A stretch of DNA of 64,000 nt, from positions 9,757 through 73,756 of the forward strand of contig CAVHEM010000009.1 of assembly GCA_963635055.1 (NCBI GenBank). Reading direction: 5' to 3'. The notes under the pieces are model-generated. The model saw nothing but the letters and a program-made list of their open reading frames with translations, did not search any database and was not told where the DNA came from. Shown piece after piece: positions 53,727 to 63,298 of this stretch. Every line of letters starts with the position of its first letter. Position 1 is the first letter of the stretch. This DNA comes from Bacteroidaceae bacterium (GTDB taxonomy: Bacteria > Cyanobacteriota > Vampirovibrionia > Gastranaerophilales > Gastranaerophilaceae). A program made the translations under genes and the position numbers.

Positions 53727-56700
53727 CTAAAATACGTTTGAGAATTTATTCACATCATCTAATATCATATTCAAGAATAGAATTTGATTTGCAGTTGCAG
53801 AATCTAGGTTTACGAACTTAGCCCCTGCTCTGCTGCCGGTAGTTGAAACGATTTCAACATCAGCATTGATATCAAGGTTTCCGTAGCCGATGTGAACAGG
53901 CACTACATCACCAACTTTGATGTCTTTGCCGTGCTTGATTGAAATTCCACCTCTTGAAATATCTATCAACTGTTCAACACCGTGTCCTGTTTCAAGTGAA
54001 ATAGGGTTAATGTTATCAGAAACCGAATATCTCATATATTGACGTTTGTCAATTGCTGACAAGCCTTGAGAATCAATTTTTCTTTGAATATAAGTAACAC
54101 TACCATCTGCTCTACTGTTGTCATCGTCTGTATCGATATCATTGTCTGCATCTGTATCAACATCAGTATCAGTGTCTATATCTGTATCCCCTGGGTTAGG
54201 TTCCGGTTTATCGTCATCTGTGTCAGTATCCCCAGGATTTGGTTCTGGAATATCATCGTCATCATCTGAATCGGTATCTCCAGGGTTAGGTTCCGGCTTA
54301 TCATCGTCTGTGTCGGTATCACCCGGATTTGGCTCAGGAATATCATCGTCATCATCTGAATCGGTATCTCCAGGGTTCGGTTCCGGCTTATCATCGTCTG
54401 TGTCAGTATCACCAGGATTTGGCTCAGGAATATCATCGTCATCGTCTGAATCGGTATCCCCTGGGGTCGGTTCCGGCTTATCATCGTCTGTGTCAGTGTC
54501 ACCAGGGTTTGGTTCTGGGATATCATCATCAGTATCTGTATCAATATCAGAGTCCAAGTCGATATCTGTATCAGCATCTAAGTCATTATCCAAATCTGAG
54601 TCTGCATCAGTGTCTGTGTCCATATCGATATCATTGTCAGCGTCAATATCTGTGTCTGTATCAATATCCGTATCGGTATCAGTATCACCAAATGATGGTT
54701 CTTTGTCATCTGGTTTATCGTCATCAGTGTCGGTATCTGTATCCCCTGGGTTTGGATCAGGAATATCATCGTCTGTATCAATATCTGTGTCAGTATCAGA
54801 ATCCAAGTCAATATCCGTGTCAGAATCTAAGTCAGTATCAATATCTGAATCCAAATCAGTATCTGTATCTATATCGGTATCGTTATCTAAGTCGTTGTCA
54901 TTATCAACATCAATATCTGTATCTGTGTCAACGTCTGTATCAGTATCAGTGTCGCCGAAATTAGGTTCATCAGGCTTATGATCAGGAGTATCATCATCTG
55001 TGTCAGTATCTGTATCGATATCAACATCAGTATCTGAGTCTAAATCTGTATCAATGTCGTTATCAGCATCAGTATCAGTATCAATATCATTATCTACGTC
55101 GATATCTGTGTCTGTATCAATATCCGTATCAGTATCGGTGTCACCAAAAGTTGGCTGATTTTTATCCTTGTCCGGAATATCGTCATCTGTATCAGCGTCT
55201 AAATCATTATCAGCATCGATATCAGTATCCAAATCTGTATCAATATCTAAGTCTGTATCGATATCAGTATCTGTATCTATGTCGTTGTCAATATCTATAT
55301 CAATATCTGTGTCGATATCAGTATCAATATCGTTATCTGTATCCCCAAATGAAGGTTCAGGTTTATCTTCCATTTCTAACGGTGTTGCATCTACTATATC
55401 ATCATTATCATCAACATTAGATTCTTGACCATTAAATACACCGTCACCATCTCCTGGGTGATAGTAATAATTTCTTTCATGTTCGTCACGACCGATACCT
55501 TCAACATCATCTGGTCTAACGGCATGACCTGTAGGAATTTCGCTAGTACCAATCATTTTATTTGTTGAAGAATCCGGAGTTTTTGTATATCCGTCTTTAC
55601 CGAATTTTACAGCAATACCATTTGCATAGATATTATCTGCCGTAATATCAACGGTTCCATTATCAATAACCGCATTATCAACTCTTACTGTTGAATCAGC
55701 GTAAGCGTAATGACCATTATCAATATAAGTTCCGTTTGGACGAAGTGCTTTGTTAATATCCAATGATTTTAATACAACATTATTTGGTAACGCCTCATCT
55801 CTATGGTCAAAACCTGTATATCCGCCATCTTTTTGTCCGTAATCACGTGGTCCGAAGTAATCTTTCGGAGTAACTGAATTATCAACAATGTGACCTAAAT
55901 TTTTGATTGTTAAATTTGTACCTCTTGTAATAATTCTCATATTACCTTCTGAAGTAACATTGTTAATTATAGTGTTTCCGCCGAATTCAGCATCTAAATC
56001 GCCTTCACGAGCGATAATAGTACAAACTTTATTTACTAAATTTTTCTTATCATCTAATGCTTTAATAAAAATACTATCGTTAGCAAGTGCATCAATTGAA
56101 TAATTATTGCCATCTGTTTGGTTAAATGTCAATTTATTATCTTTGCTACCAATGTTGCCGTTAGATATCAAAGACATTCCCCAACCTTCAACATTTGCAA
56201 CAGTGTTATCAATTGCTGAATTTAGCATATCATAACGAGAACCGTTATTTGTATAACCAAAATCGTCATCAACAGTCAAAATAACTCTGCCATCTGCCTT
56301 GATTTTATCAATATTCATATCGTTACCGATAGAAGCGTAATTGATAACTAAATCTTTCTTTCTTGAAACCGGACTCTTAATTGTATCAGTTGTTGTTGCT
56401 GTAACAGTACCATCAACATTAGCATTGATTGATTTTGTAAAATCTCTGCTACCGTCAGATTTTGGACCGATACCTGTACAGCCTGAACCAACGCATGCAT
56501 TTTGTTGAACAGGTTCACCAATTGTGCCGTTTTCAACGTCCATTGTTAAATTTCCACCGGCATTCAATAATGTTTTTTCTACACCATAATTCAAAATATT
56601 TCCGTTGGTATTCGTAATATCAATATTTTTACCTGCAGAAACGTAATTATCATTAGAAGTTCTATCACCGATTACAATATTACTGTTTTTGTTTGCTATA

Positions 56701-57887
56701 GCGACATTTCTGTCAGCGTGCACAAGCCCTTTGATATTAAGACCTTTAGAACCGGTATTTGTAATATTTACATTATCAGTAGCATTAACACGTCCTGAAC
56801 TTGCAATATTTAAACCTTCATTACCACTGTTTGAAAGGTTTGTTTCGCCATCATTCAAAACATTACCAGAAATATTAAGTTCAGTTTCTTTAGAAATTGT
56901 GTAATCGTAAACATTTCCATCAACATTGTAACGAGTCCCGTTTTCAGCCGGAGCGTTAGTAATATTTATCTTACCGCCAGCGTTTTTAACAGTTCCTGAA
57001 ATATCTAAATCATTCCAGTAATTGTTTATTGTAGTGTTACCGTTTGAGTTTACAACATTACCGGCAATTTTGATACCTTCTGAACCGTTGTTGTTGATAT
57101 TTATATCACCATTTCCTAGGTTTCTCATTGTACCTTGAATATCAACACCGGCATTAGTATCTGTTTGTCTTGTTTCGATAGTAATATTACCGTTATTGCT
57201 GAAATACTTGACATTATTTGTATTAACTAAAGTGTCAAACAAATTTTGCGCTTGTGCTTTTGATAAATTATTTAATGCTGATTCATTTACACCCGAAATA
57301 ATTCCCGCATTTTTCGCTATAGTAACCTTGCCACCTTTTAACTCAACATCATTTGCCGCTAAAACTTTACCGTTGATGGTAATTGGTTGACCATTATTTG
57401 AATTTGCTAATCCTGAATAATCAGCAGTCGGGTTAGAACGATATTTTTCATAAGTTGATTGAGTCGGTGTATAAACGCTCAAAGAACCTACATTAAGTAC
57501 ACCTGAAGAACCAACAACCATACCTTTAGGAGATACAAAAACTGCTTTTCCATTATAAAAATTGCCATCTCTCATAGTATTAACTAAACCGTTGATATTG
57601 ATTTGGTTATCAACTAAGTTCAAAAAAGTATTAATATCATTATTACCATATTTGAAAATCAAATTAGCAACATCATCTTTATCAAGTACAAAATCTTTAT
57701 ATTTTCTGTAGCCGATATCTGTTTTCGGAATCATTGCTGTAGGGTTAATGTTGTAAACGCCGTTATTTCCGTTAATCCCGCTAATTTCACTTGCAATGAC
57801 AGATAGCAACATGCTTTGTTGTGTTAAAAATAACGATGTAAGCACTGCCGCTACAATTCTTTTAGGTCTTTTATTACGGGTATTCAT
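53727..57887 (-). CDS. Giant (about 1386 aa) paralog of 12805-17130: signal peptide + TPS/hemagglutination-type domain + beta-helix-like region + Asp-X repeat modules + C-terminal PilZ domain
   Basis: Signal peptide MNTRNKRPKRIVAAVLTSLFLTQQSMLLSVIAS. The TPS-like block is YRKYKDFVLDKDDVANLIF...INGLVNT...AVFVSPKGMVVGSSGVLNVGSLSV. Blocks shared with paralog 1 include NILNYGVEKTLLNA, GSGCTG, GSRDFTKSINAN, LVINYASIGNDMNID, ADGRVILTVDDD, PTGHAVRP and DEHERNYYYH. The C-terminus carries RQYMR and DISRGG. Start set at ATG 57887, which has an AAAGGA SD. Confidence 0.8.
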   Translation of the reverse strand: MNTRNKRPKRIVAAVLTSLFLTQQSMLLSVIASEISGINGNNGVYNINPTAMIPKTDIGYRKYKDFVLDKDDVANLIFKYGNNDINTFLNLVDNQININGLVNTMRDGNFYNGKAVFVSPKGMVVGSSGVLNVGSLSVYTPTQSTYEKYRSNPTADYSGLANSNNGQPITINGKVLAANDVELKGGKVTIAKNAGIISGVNESALNNLSKAQAQNLFDTLVNTNNVKYFSNNGNITIETRQTDTNAGVDIQGTMRNLGNGDININNNGSEGIKIAGNVVNSNGNTTINNYWNDLDISGTVKNAGGKINITNAPAENGTRYNVDGNVYDYTISKETELNISGNVLNDGETNLSNSGNEGLNIASSGRVNATDNVNITNTGSKGLNIKGLVHADRNVAIANKNSNIVIGDRTSNDNYVSAGKNIDITNTNGNILNYGVEKTLLNAGGNLTMDVENGTIGEPVQQNACVGSGCTGIGPKSDGSRDFTKSINANVDGTVTATTTDTIKSPVSRKKDLVINYASIGNDMNIDKIKADGRVILTVDDDFGYTNNGSRYDMLNSAIDNTVANVEGWGMSLISNGNIGSKDNKLTFNQTDGNNYSIDALANDSIFIKALDDKKNLVNKVCTIIAREGDLDAEFGGNTIINNVTSEGNMRIITRGTNLTIKNLGHIVDNSVTPKDYFGPRDYGQKDGGYTGFDHRDEALPNNVVLKSLDINKALRPNGTYIDNGHYAYADSTVRVDNAVIDNGTVDITADNIYANGIAVKFGKDGYTKTPDSSTNKMIGTSEIPTGHAVRPDDVEGIGRDEHERNYYYHPGDGDGVFNGQESNVDDNDDIVDATPLEMEDKPEPSFGDTDNDIDTDIDTDIDIDIDNDIDTDTDIDTDLDIDTDLDTDIDADNDLDADTDDDIPDKDKNQPTFGDTDTDTDIDTDTDIDVDNDIDTDTDADNDIDTDLDSDTDVDIDTDTDTDDDTPDHKPDEPNFGDTDTDTDVDTDTDIDVDNDNDLDNDTDIDTDTDLDSDIDTDLDSDTDIDLDSDTDTDIDTDDDIPDPNPGDTDTDTDDDKPDDKEPSFGDTDTDTDIDTDTDIDADNDIDMDTDTDADSDLDNDLDADTDIDLDSDIDTDTDDDIPEPNPGDTDTDDDKPEPTPGDTDSDDDDDIPEPNPGDTDTDDDKPEPNPGDTDSDDDDDIPEPNPGDTDTDDDKPEPNPGDTDSDDDDDIPEPNPGDTDTDDDKPEPNPGDTDIDTDTDVDTDADNDIDTDDDNSRADGSVTYIQRKIDSQGLSAIDKRQYMRYSVSDNINPISLETGHGVEQLIDISRGGISIKHGKDIKVGDVVPVHIGYGNLDINADVEIVSTTGSRAGAKFVNLDSATANQILFLNMILDDVNKFSNVF
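54120..55365 (-). repeat. Asp-X dipeptide-rich coding region of giant gene 2, with several diverged DFGDTD-type modules
   Basis: Translation shows long runs such as DTDTDIDTDTDIDVDNDIDTDTDADNDIDTDLDSDTD, interrupted by short P/E/K linkers and [SNT]FGDTD module starts. Confidence 0.85.
54188..54530 (-). repeat. Tandem 90-nt repeat (about 3.8 copies) encoding DIPEPNPGDTDTDDDKPEP(N/T)PGDTDSDDDD
   Basis: GGTTCCGG(T/C)TTATC(G/A)TC(A/G)TCTGTGTC recurs at about 54199, 54289, 54379 and 54469. Confidence 0.85.
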
Positions 57888-58067
57888 AGAAAATCCTTTC
57901 ATGTCATGAAATAAAAAATACACATCTAATCAACAAATTTATTCTAGCAAGAGCATGTCAAAAAGTAATGTATTATTACTTTTTTTTAAGACATGTTCTT
58001 TTTATTGTTTGTTTAAATACCCGTAAATATTTTTTCTTGCTAGTTTTTAGCGAAATGTTAAGTTTTG

Positions 58068-59525
58068 TTATTCAGCAAAATTTATCCATTTTCTAACTAC
58101 TAAATAATAAAATCCATAGAACAATATTAACAAAATCAACATTTGAACCGTTCCCGGAATTATTGCGACATAAGTTTTTAACAAATATGCCAAAATAATC
58201 AAAGGTACAAAGGTTACAAACAGTCTTAAAATCATTCGTCTAGGAAGTTTGATATTCAAATTTGGTACAACAATTACTACACTTAACAACCAGAACAAGA
58301 AATTTGCTGCCAAAGTTGCTAAACCTACACCAACCAAACCCATCTTCGGAATTAAAACAATATTCAATACAACACCAACAATGCCTGAAATCAATTTAAT
58401 TATAAATCCAATGTGAGTTTTATTTGCCAAATGATACTGTAATGTTGTGTAATCAGTCAAAGACAAGAAAAATACACCCAATGAAAAATACGGAACCAAA
58501 ACACTTGCTTCATACATTTTTGGATTAGAAATAAACAAATGAGTGTAATCTAGATTATAGTAAGAAATTACGGCAATAACAGGCAATGAAACAAGTAAGT
58601 AATAACCTAAAAATCTTGAAATAATCGGTCTTACGTCAATTTTTGCTTCATACATATTGATAATACGTGGAATTGCAGCAACGGTAATCATAGCAAAAAG
58701 AGTCAATAATATTGACATCGTCAAGCCGTAACCTGCACCAACCAATGCCGCTTTTGAAAAGCCACTAATACTGTTCATAATAAATTTATTACTTTGTGTA
58801 ATAATCCAAGCGCTTAACGAAGTTGCAGCAATCGGAACACCGTATTTGACAATAGGTAAAATTGAACTCCATTCGATTTTTTGAGGTTTGAAAACCTTTA
58901 AAATTTCACTCTGATAAAGCAATAAAATATCTATCAATGTTATTGAAATTCCCATACTTAGCAAGATAGAAGCAGCACCAAGATGGAACGTTTTAGCTAA
59001 ATAGATTGCCAATAAAATCGTAGCAAATTGGTTCAAAATCGTTGTGATTGAGTATGAAATAGATTTCAATTGAGCACGTAAAATTTGAGATAACAATGCT
59101 CTTACAGCAACCGGAATTATCAAGAATAATACCATCAAGAAATACTTGAACGGAACATGGAATTGTGCGTAAAGATTATCTTTAAATATAAACCCTAGCC
59201 CAAACATCAATAAAATATTTATCGTCAAAATAGTAACTAAAGTTGTTACATATTTTGGTAAATCATCAAGAAGCTGGTGATGTCTGAAAAATCTTAGCCC
59301 AGATAATCCAACCCAATCAGAAAATAGAATACAAAGAAAAGATAAAAGAGCAATCGAAATTGTATACAAACCGTACTGCTCTTGAGAAAACAATGCCGTA
59401 TAAATAGGTACGGTAATCATATTCCCAAACATTCCACACAATTTTGACGGTGCATATTTCAGCATATCCGTAAAAATACCTTTTACTTCTTTTTCTTCCA
59501 ATTCTATATTTTCAATATATTCCAT
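58068..59525 (-). CDS. Polysaccharide/oligosaccharide flippase family protein (MOP superfamily, Wzx-like)
   Basis: 485 aa with about 12-14 TM segments and a basic inter-helix loop pattern typical of Wzx/MurJ-type flippases. Confidence 0.65.
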   Translation of the reverse strand: MEYIENIELEEKEVKGIFTDMLKYAPSKLCGMFGNMITVPIYTALFSQEQYGLYTISIALLSFLCILFSDWVGLSGLRFFRHHQLLDDLPKYVTTLVTILTINILLMFGLGFIFKDNLYAQFHVPFKYFLMVLFLIIPVAVRALLSQILRAQLKSISYSITTILNQFATILLAIYLAKTFHLGAASILLSMGISITLIDILLLYQSEILKVFKPQKIEWSSILPIVKYGVPIAATSLSAWIITQSNKFIMNSISGFSKAALVGAGYGLTMSILLTLFAMITVAAIPRIINMYEAKIDVRPIISRFLGYYLLVSLPVIAVISYYNLDYTHLFISNPKMYEASVLVPYFSLGVFFLSLTDYTTLQYHLANKTHIGFIIKLISGIVGVVLNIVLIPKMGLVGVGLATLAANFLFWLLSVVIVVPNLNIKLPRRMILRLFVTFVPLIILAYLLKTYVAIIPGTVQMLILLILFYGFYYLVVRKWINFAE

Positions 59526-59540
59526 ACTTCTCCTTAATAT

Positions 59541-60845
59541 CTATAAAATTTCACCAAACAAATCATACTCATCTGCTCTGGTTATTTGAACATTTTCAAT
59601 ATCTCCCGGAACAACCTGCCTGTCAGATGTAGCATAAACAACTCCATCAATTTCAGGTGCATCATGCTCAGAACGAAGAATTATAACACCATCATCAGTA
59701 TAACCTTCAACAATGCACGGCAATACTTTGCCGATGTATTGTTGATTATTTTCAAGTGATATTTGCTGTTGTAACTCCATCAATCTGTTTCGACGTTCTT
59801 TTTTTATTTTTGGTGAAACATGCCCTTTTAATTTGTCAGAATATGTTCCTTTTTCTCGAGAATACTCAAATGCCCCCATTCTATCGAATTTCACATCTTT
59901 AACAAAATTATATAAATGTTCAAATTCTTCCTCTGTTTCCCCCGGATAGCCAACGATTAACGAGGTTCTAACAGAAACATTTGGAATTCTATCTCGAATT
60001 TTTTGAACTAAAACTTTATAATCCATAACTGGACGTTTCATTCTTTCCAAAACAGCAGGGTGCGAGTGTTGCAACGGAATATCAACATATTTTACAACTT
60101 TATCAAGTGTTGCAATCGCATCAATCAATTCATCTGTCATTTGAGTCGGATAAGCGTACATAATCCTAATCCAAGATAAATTTTCAATTTTATTCAATTC
60201 TCTCAATAATTCCGGTAGCATTTGTTTTTTATACAAGTCTATACCGTAAGAAGATGTATCTTGCGCTATTAAAATAATCTCTGTAACACCTTTTGAAACA
60301 AGTTCTTTCGCTTCTTTTACAATATTTTCAATAGGTCGTGATACGTATTTTCCTCTGAGCTTAGGAATAATACAATAACCGCAACTGTAATTACAACCTT
60401 CACCAATTTTCAAATATGAACTTGCGCCAACCGTAATTTGTTGACGTTCAATATTTTCAGGATAATGCGAAATCGGATTATCATCAATTCTTGCAGAATA
60501 TTCACTGCCATGCTCAATATCATCAACAATTTTAATAATATCATTCAGATTAGAAGTCCCAATCATTCCGGAAAGTTCTGGTATTGCTTCTTTTAGGTCT
60601 TTATCGTGTTTTTGAGATAAACAACCGGCAACAATAACCTTTTTGCCGCTATCTATCATTTGTAAGATACTTTGCACAGATTCTTGCTCTGCATCATGAA
60701 TAAAAGAACAAGTGTTCACAATAACAATATCCGCATCTGTTTCATCGAGCGTAATAGTATGTCCTTTATCTGCCAACATACCTAATATTAGTTCTGCATC
60801 TACAAGATTTTTTGCGCAGCCATGATTTATTAATGCTATTTTCAT
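59541..60845 (-). CDS. rimO: Ribosomal protein S12 methylthiotransferase RimO
   Basis: MKIALINHGCAKNLVD N-terminus, radical-SAM motif CNYSCGYC and a C-terminal TRAM domain. Confidence 0.85.
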   Translation of the reverse strand: MKIALINHGCAKNLVDAELILGMLADKGHTITLDETDADIVIVNTCSFIHDAEQESVQSILQMIDSGKKVIVAGCLSQKHDKDLKEAIPELSGMIGTSNLNDIIKIVDDIEHGSEYSARIDDNPISHYPENIERQQITVGASSYLKIGEGCNYSCGYCIIPKLRGKYVSRPIENIVKEAKELVSKGVTEIILIAQDTSSYGIDLYKKQMLPELLRELNKIENLSWIRIMYAYPTQMTDELIDAIATLDKVVKYVDIPLQHSHPAVLERMKRPVMDYKVLVQKIRDRIPNVSVRTSLIVGYPGETEEEFEHLYNFVKDVKFDRMGAFEYSREKGTYSDKLKGHVSPKIKKERRNRLMELQQQISLENNQQYIGKVLPCIVEGYTDDGVIILRSEHDAPEIDGVVYATSDRQVVPGDIENVQITRADEYDLFGEIL

Positions 60846-60935
60846 TAGTTTTCCTTTTTGTTCAATTTTAACATTAATTGTAAAAATTATGCCAATTATT
60901 AAATTTTATTGATAATTTTGTTATAAAATAGGCGT

Positions 60936-62705
60936 ATGAAAACAGTAGAATTATTAGCACCTGCAAAAAATTTAGAAACAGGAATTGCGGCAATAGATAG
61001 TGGTGCAGACGCCGTTTATATCGGAGCGTGTGAATTTGGAGCAAGAAAAAATGCTCCGAACACCTTGGAAGACATAGAAAAACTCGTGAATTATGCGCAT
61101 GAATTTTACGTAAAAGTTCACGTTGCAATTAATACAATTCTTCATGATACAGAATTAACAAATGCAATAGAATTGGTGAAAAATCTATATAATATTGGGG
61201 TTGACGCAATTATTGTACAAGATATGGGATTAATTAAAGCCGCAATAGATGGCAAACTTCCGCCAATTCCAATTCACGCCAGTACTCAATGTAACAACAG
61301 AACACTGGAAAAAGTTAAATTTTTCGACGAAATTGGAATTTCTAGAGTAATTTTGGCTCGAGAATTGTCACTAAATCAAATTAAAGAAATTTGTGACAAT
61401 ACAAATTGTGAAATAGAAACATTTGTACACGGAGCATTATGCGTATCATACAGCGGACAATGCTATTTCTCTTACGCAAATGGCGGACGTTCAGCAAACA
61501 GAGGAGAATGCGCTCAACCTTGCAGATTGCGATATTCTCTTGTTGATAAAGATGGCAAATATATTTTAAAAGACAAATATTTACTTTCTCTAAAAGATTT
61601 TAACGCAGCATCAGAACTTGAAAAACTTGTTAATTCAGGTGTTAAATCCTTCAAAATAGAAGGACGTTTAAAAGATATAAATTATGTGCGTAACGTAACA
61701 TCATATTACAATGACCTTTTGAATAAATGCGCAAATAGGACATCTTCAGGTACTGTATTCTGTGATTTTACACCAAACGTTGAGAAAACATTTAACCGAG
61801 GTTATACAACCTATTTTCTAAAAGATAGAGAACAGTGTTTTAACTTCTTATCACCTAAATCCAGAGGAGAAAAAATTGGAAAAGTAAAACGTGTTACTTC
61901 AAAATATTTTGAAATAGATGCAGATATTCACCCGCAAGATGGAATTTGTTTTATTCAAAATGGAGAAATGAGCGGATTTTTAGTCAATAAAGTTGATGGC
62001 AACAAAATTTATCCAAATTCTATGAACGGATTAAAACCAGGAACTGTACTATATCGAAATTTTGATAGTGATTTTGATAAAAAATTAGCAAACACTAAAA
62101 CTTCAAGAAAAATTGCAATTGATATTGCAGTTAATAATGACATTATTACACTTACTGATGAAGATAATAACAAAATTTCTGCTCACATACCAAACGGGGA
62201 AGCCCCGAAAAATATAGGCAAAATGACAGAAACATTCAAAACACAACTACAAAAAACTGGTGATAGTGATTTTTATGTTAAGAAATTTGAACTCACTAAT
62301 ACTGAACTTCCGTTTATGCCAATATCGGTTATAAACCAGTTCCGTAGGGATTTGCTGGACAAATTAATGTCAGAAAGACTTAAAAATTATAAAAGAGAAG
62401 TTCAAAACCCTATTCGTTATGCTGATTTTCCAGAAAAAACAGCAGATTATAAGTTCAATATATTTAACAGTGAAGCAGAAAATTTTTATAAAGAATGTAA
62501 AGTTGAAGTAAAAGAATGTGCATTAGAAACGTTAAGTAATGTTAAATCAGGAACAGAAATTATGCGAACAAAACATTGTCTGAAATTCGCAACCGGTTTA
62601 TGCGGAAAACCTTGCAAACCATTATATCTTGAAAATGCAAAAGGGATAAAATATCCGCTCAGTTTTGATTGTAAAAACTGTGAAATGGTTATAAAAATGC
62701 CATAA
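60936..62705 (+). CDS. Peptidase U32 family protein (collagenase-like / RNA hydroxylation-associated family), long form
   Basis: ELLAPAKNLETGIAAIDSGADAVYIG and ECAQPCR motifs. Confidence 0.85.
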   Translation: MKTVELLAPAKNLETGIAAIDSGADAVYIGACEFGARKNAPNTLEDIEKLVNYAHEFYVKVHVAINTILHDTELTNAIELVKNLYNIGVDAIIVQDMGLIKAAIDGKLPPIPIHASTQCNNRTLEKVKFFDEIGISRVILARELSLNQIKEICDNTNCEIETFVHGALCVSYSGQCYFSYANGGRSANRGECAQPCRLRYSLVDKDGKYILKDKYLLSLKDFNAASELEKLVNSGVKSFKIEGRLKDINYVRNVTSYYNDLLNKCANRTSSGTVFCDFTPNVEKTFNRGYTTYFLKDREQCFNFLSPKSRGEKIGKVKRVTSKYFEIDADIHPQDGICFIQNGEMSGFLVNKVDGNKIYPNSMNGLKPGTVLYRNFDSDFDKKLANTKTSRKIAIDIAVNNDIITLTDEDNNKISAHIPNGEAPKNIGKMTETFKTQLQKTGDSDFYVKKFELTNTELPFMPISVINQFRRDLLDKLMSERLKNYKREVQNPIRYADFPEKTADYKFNIFNSEAENFYKECKVEVKECALETLSNVKSGTEIMRTKHCLKFATGLCGKPCKPLYLENAKGIKYPLSFDCKNCEMVIKMP

Positions 62706-62709
62706 AAAA

Positions 62710-62738
62710 AGACTTCCGAACATATCGGAAGCCTTTTT
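62710..62738. terminator. Bidirectional hairpin terminator between the U32 gene and the isochorismatase-family gene
   Basis: CTTCCGA / TCGGAAG stem flanked by an A-run and a T-run. Confidence 0.6.
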
Positions 62739-62745
62739 AAAATAA

Positions 62746-63297
62746 CTACTTAATCAAAGCTTGTACTTCTTTGAAATTAGGATTTTTTGATGTTTTTAGC
62801 CATTCAAACAATGTAATTTCAAGACATGTAACCTTTGCGCCATACTGTTTCAAAAGTTCTATACCTGTTTTATATTCAGCCTTATTTCTACTAGCACAAG
62901 CATCTTTTAATACATAAACTTCAAAACCTTCTTTCATTAAGTCGTGAGCAGTTTGCAAAACACAAATATGAGTTTCAATACCGCCAATTACAATTTGTTT
63001 TCTACCTGCTGCTTTTAATTCTTTTATCTTATTTGCAAATTCAGGTTCTAACATTGCTGAAAACGCTGCTTTTTCGGTAATAAAGGCATTTTCATCTAAT
63101 GATTCTTGCAATTGTGGAACAGTGTGCCCCAAACCTTTTGGATACTGTTCAGTTACAACAGTTGGAATTCCTAATACTGATGCTGCACGTGCAGCCTTAG
63201 ACATTGCATTAGCAACATCGACACCATATTTTGATGCCAAAACAAGTCTGTCTTGGATATCAATTACAACTAAAACGCTAACTTCAATATTCAACAT
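62746..63297 (-). CDS. Isochorismatase-family cysteine hydrolase
   Basis: LVVIDIQD N-terminal Asp, GIETHICVLQTA catalytic Cys region, about 180 aa. Confidence 0.85.
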   Translation of the reverse strand: MLNIEVSVLVVIDIQDRLVLASKYGVDVANAMSKAARAASVLGIPTVVTEQYPKGLGHTVPQLQESLDENAFITEKAAFSAMLEPEFANKIKELKAAGRKQIVIGGIETHICVLQTAHDLMKEGFEVYVLKDACASRNKAEYKTGIELLKQYGAKVTCLEITLFEWLKTSKNPNFKEVQALIK

Positions 63298-63298
63298 T

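Noticed and set aside
54066-55428. Plus-strand ORFs (54066-54269, 54118-54981, 54329-54964, 55151-55420, 55168-55428) and an out-of-frame minus-strand ORF (54176-54577) over the acidic region of giant gene 2
   Set aside because: This is the same artefact. Low-complexity repeats keep several frames open, and only the Asp-X frame is continuous with the conserved TPS and PilZ domains.
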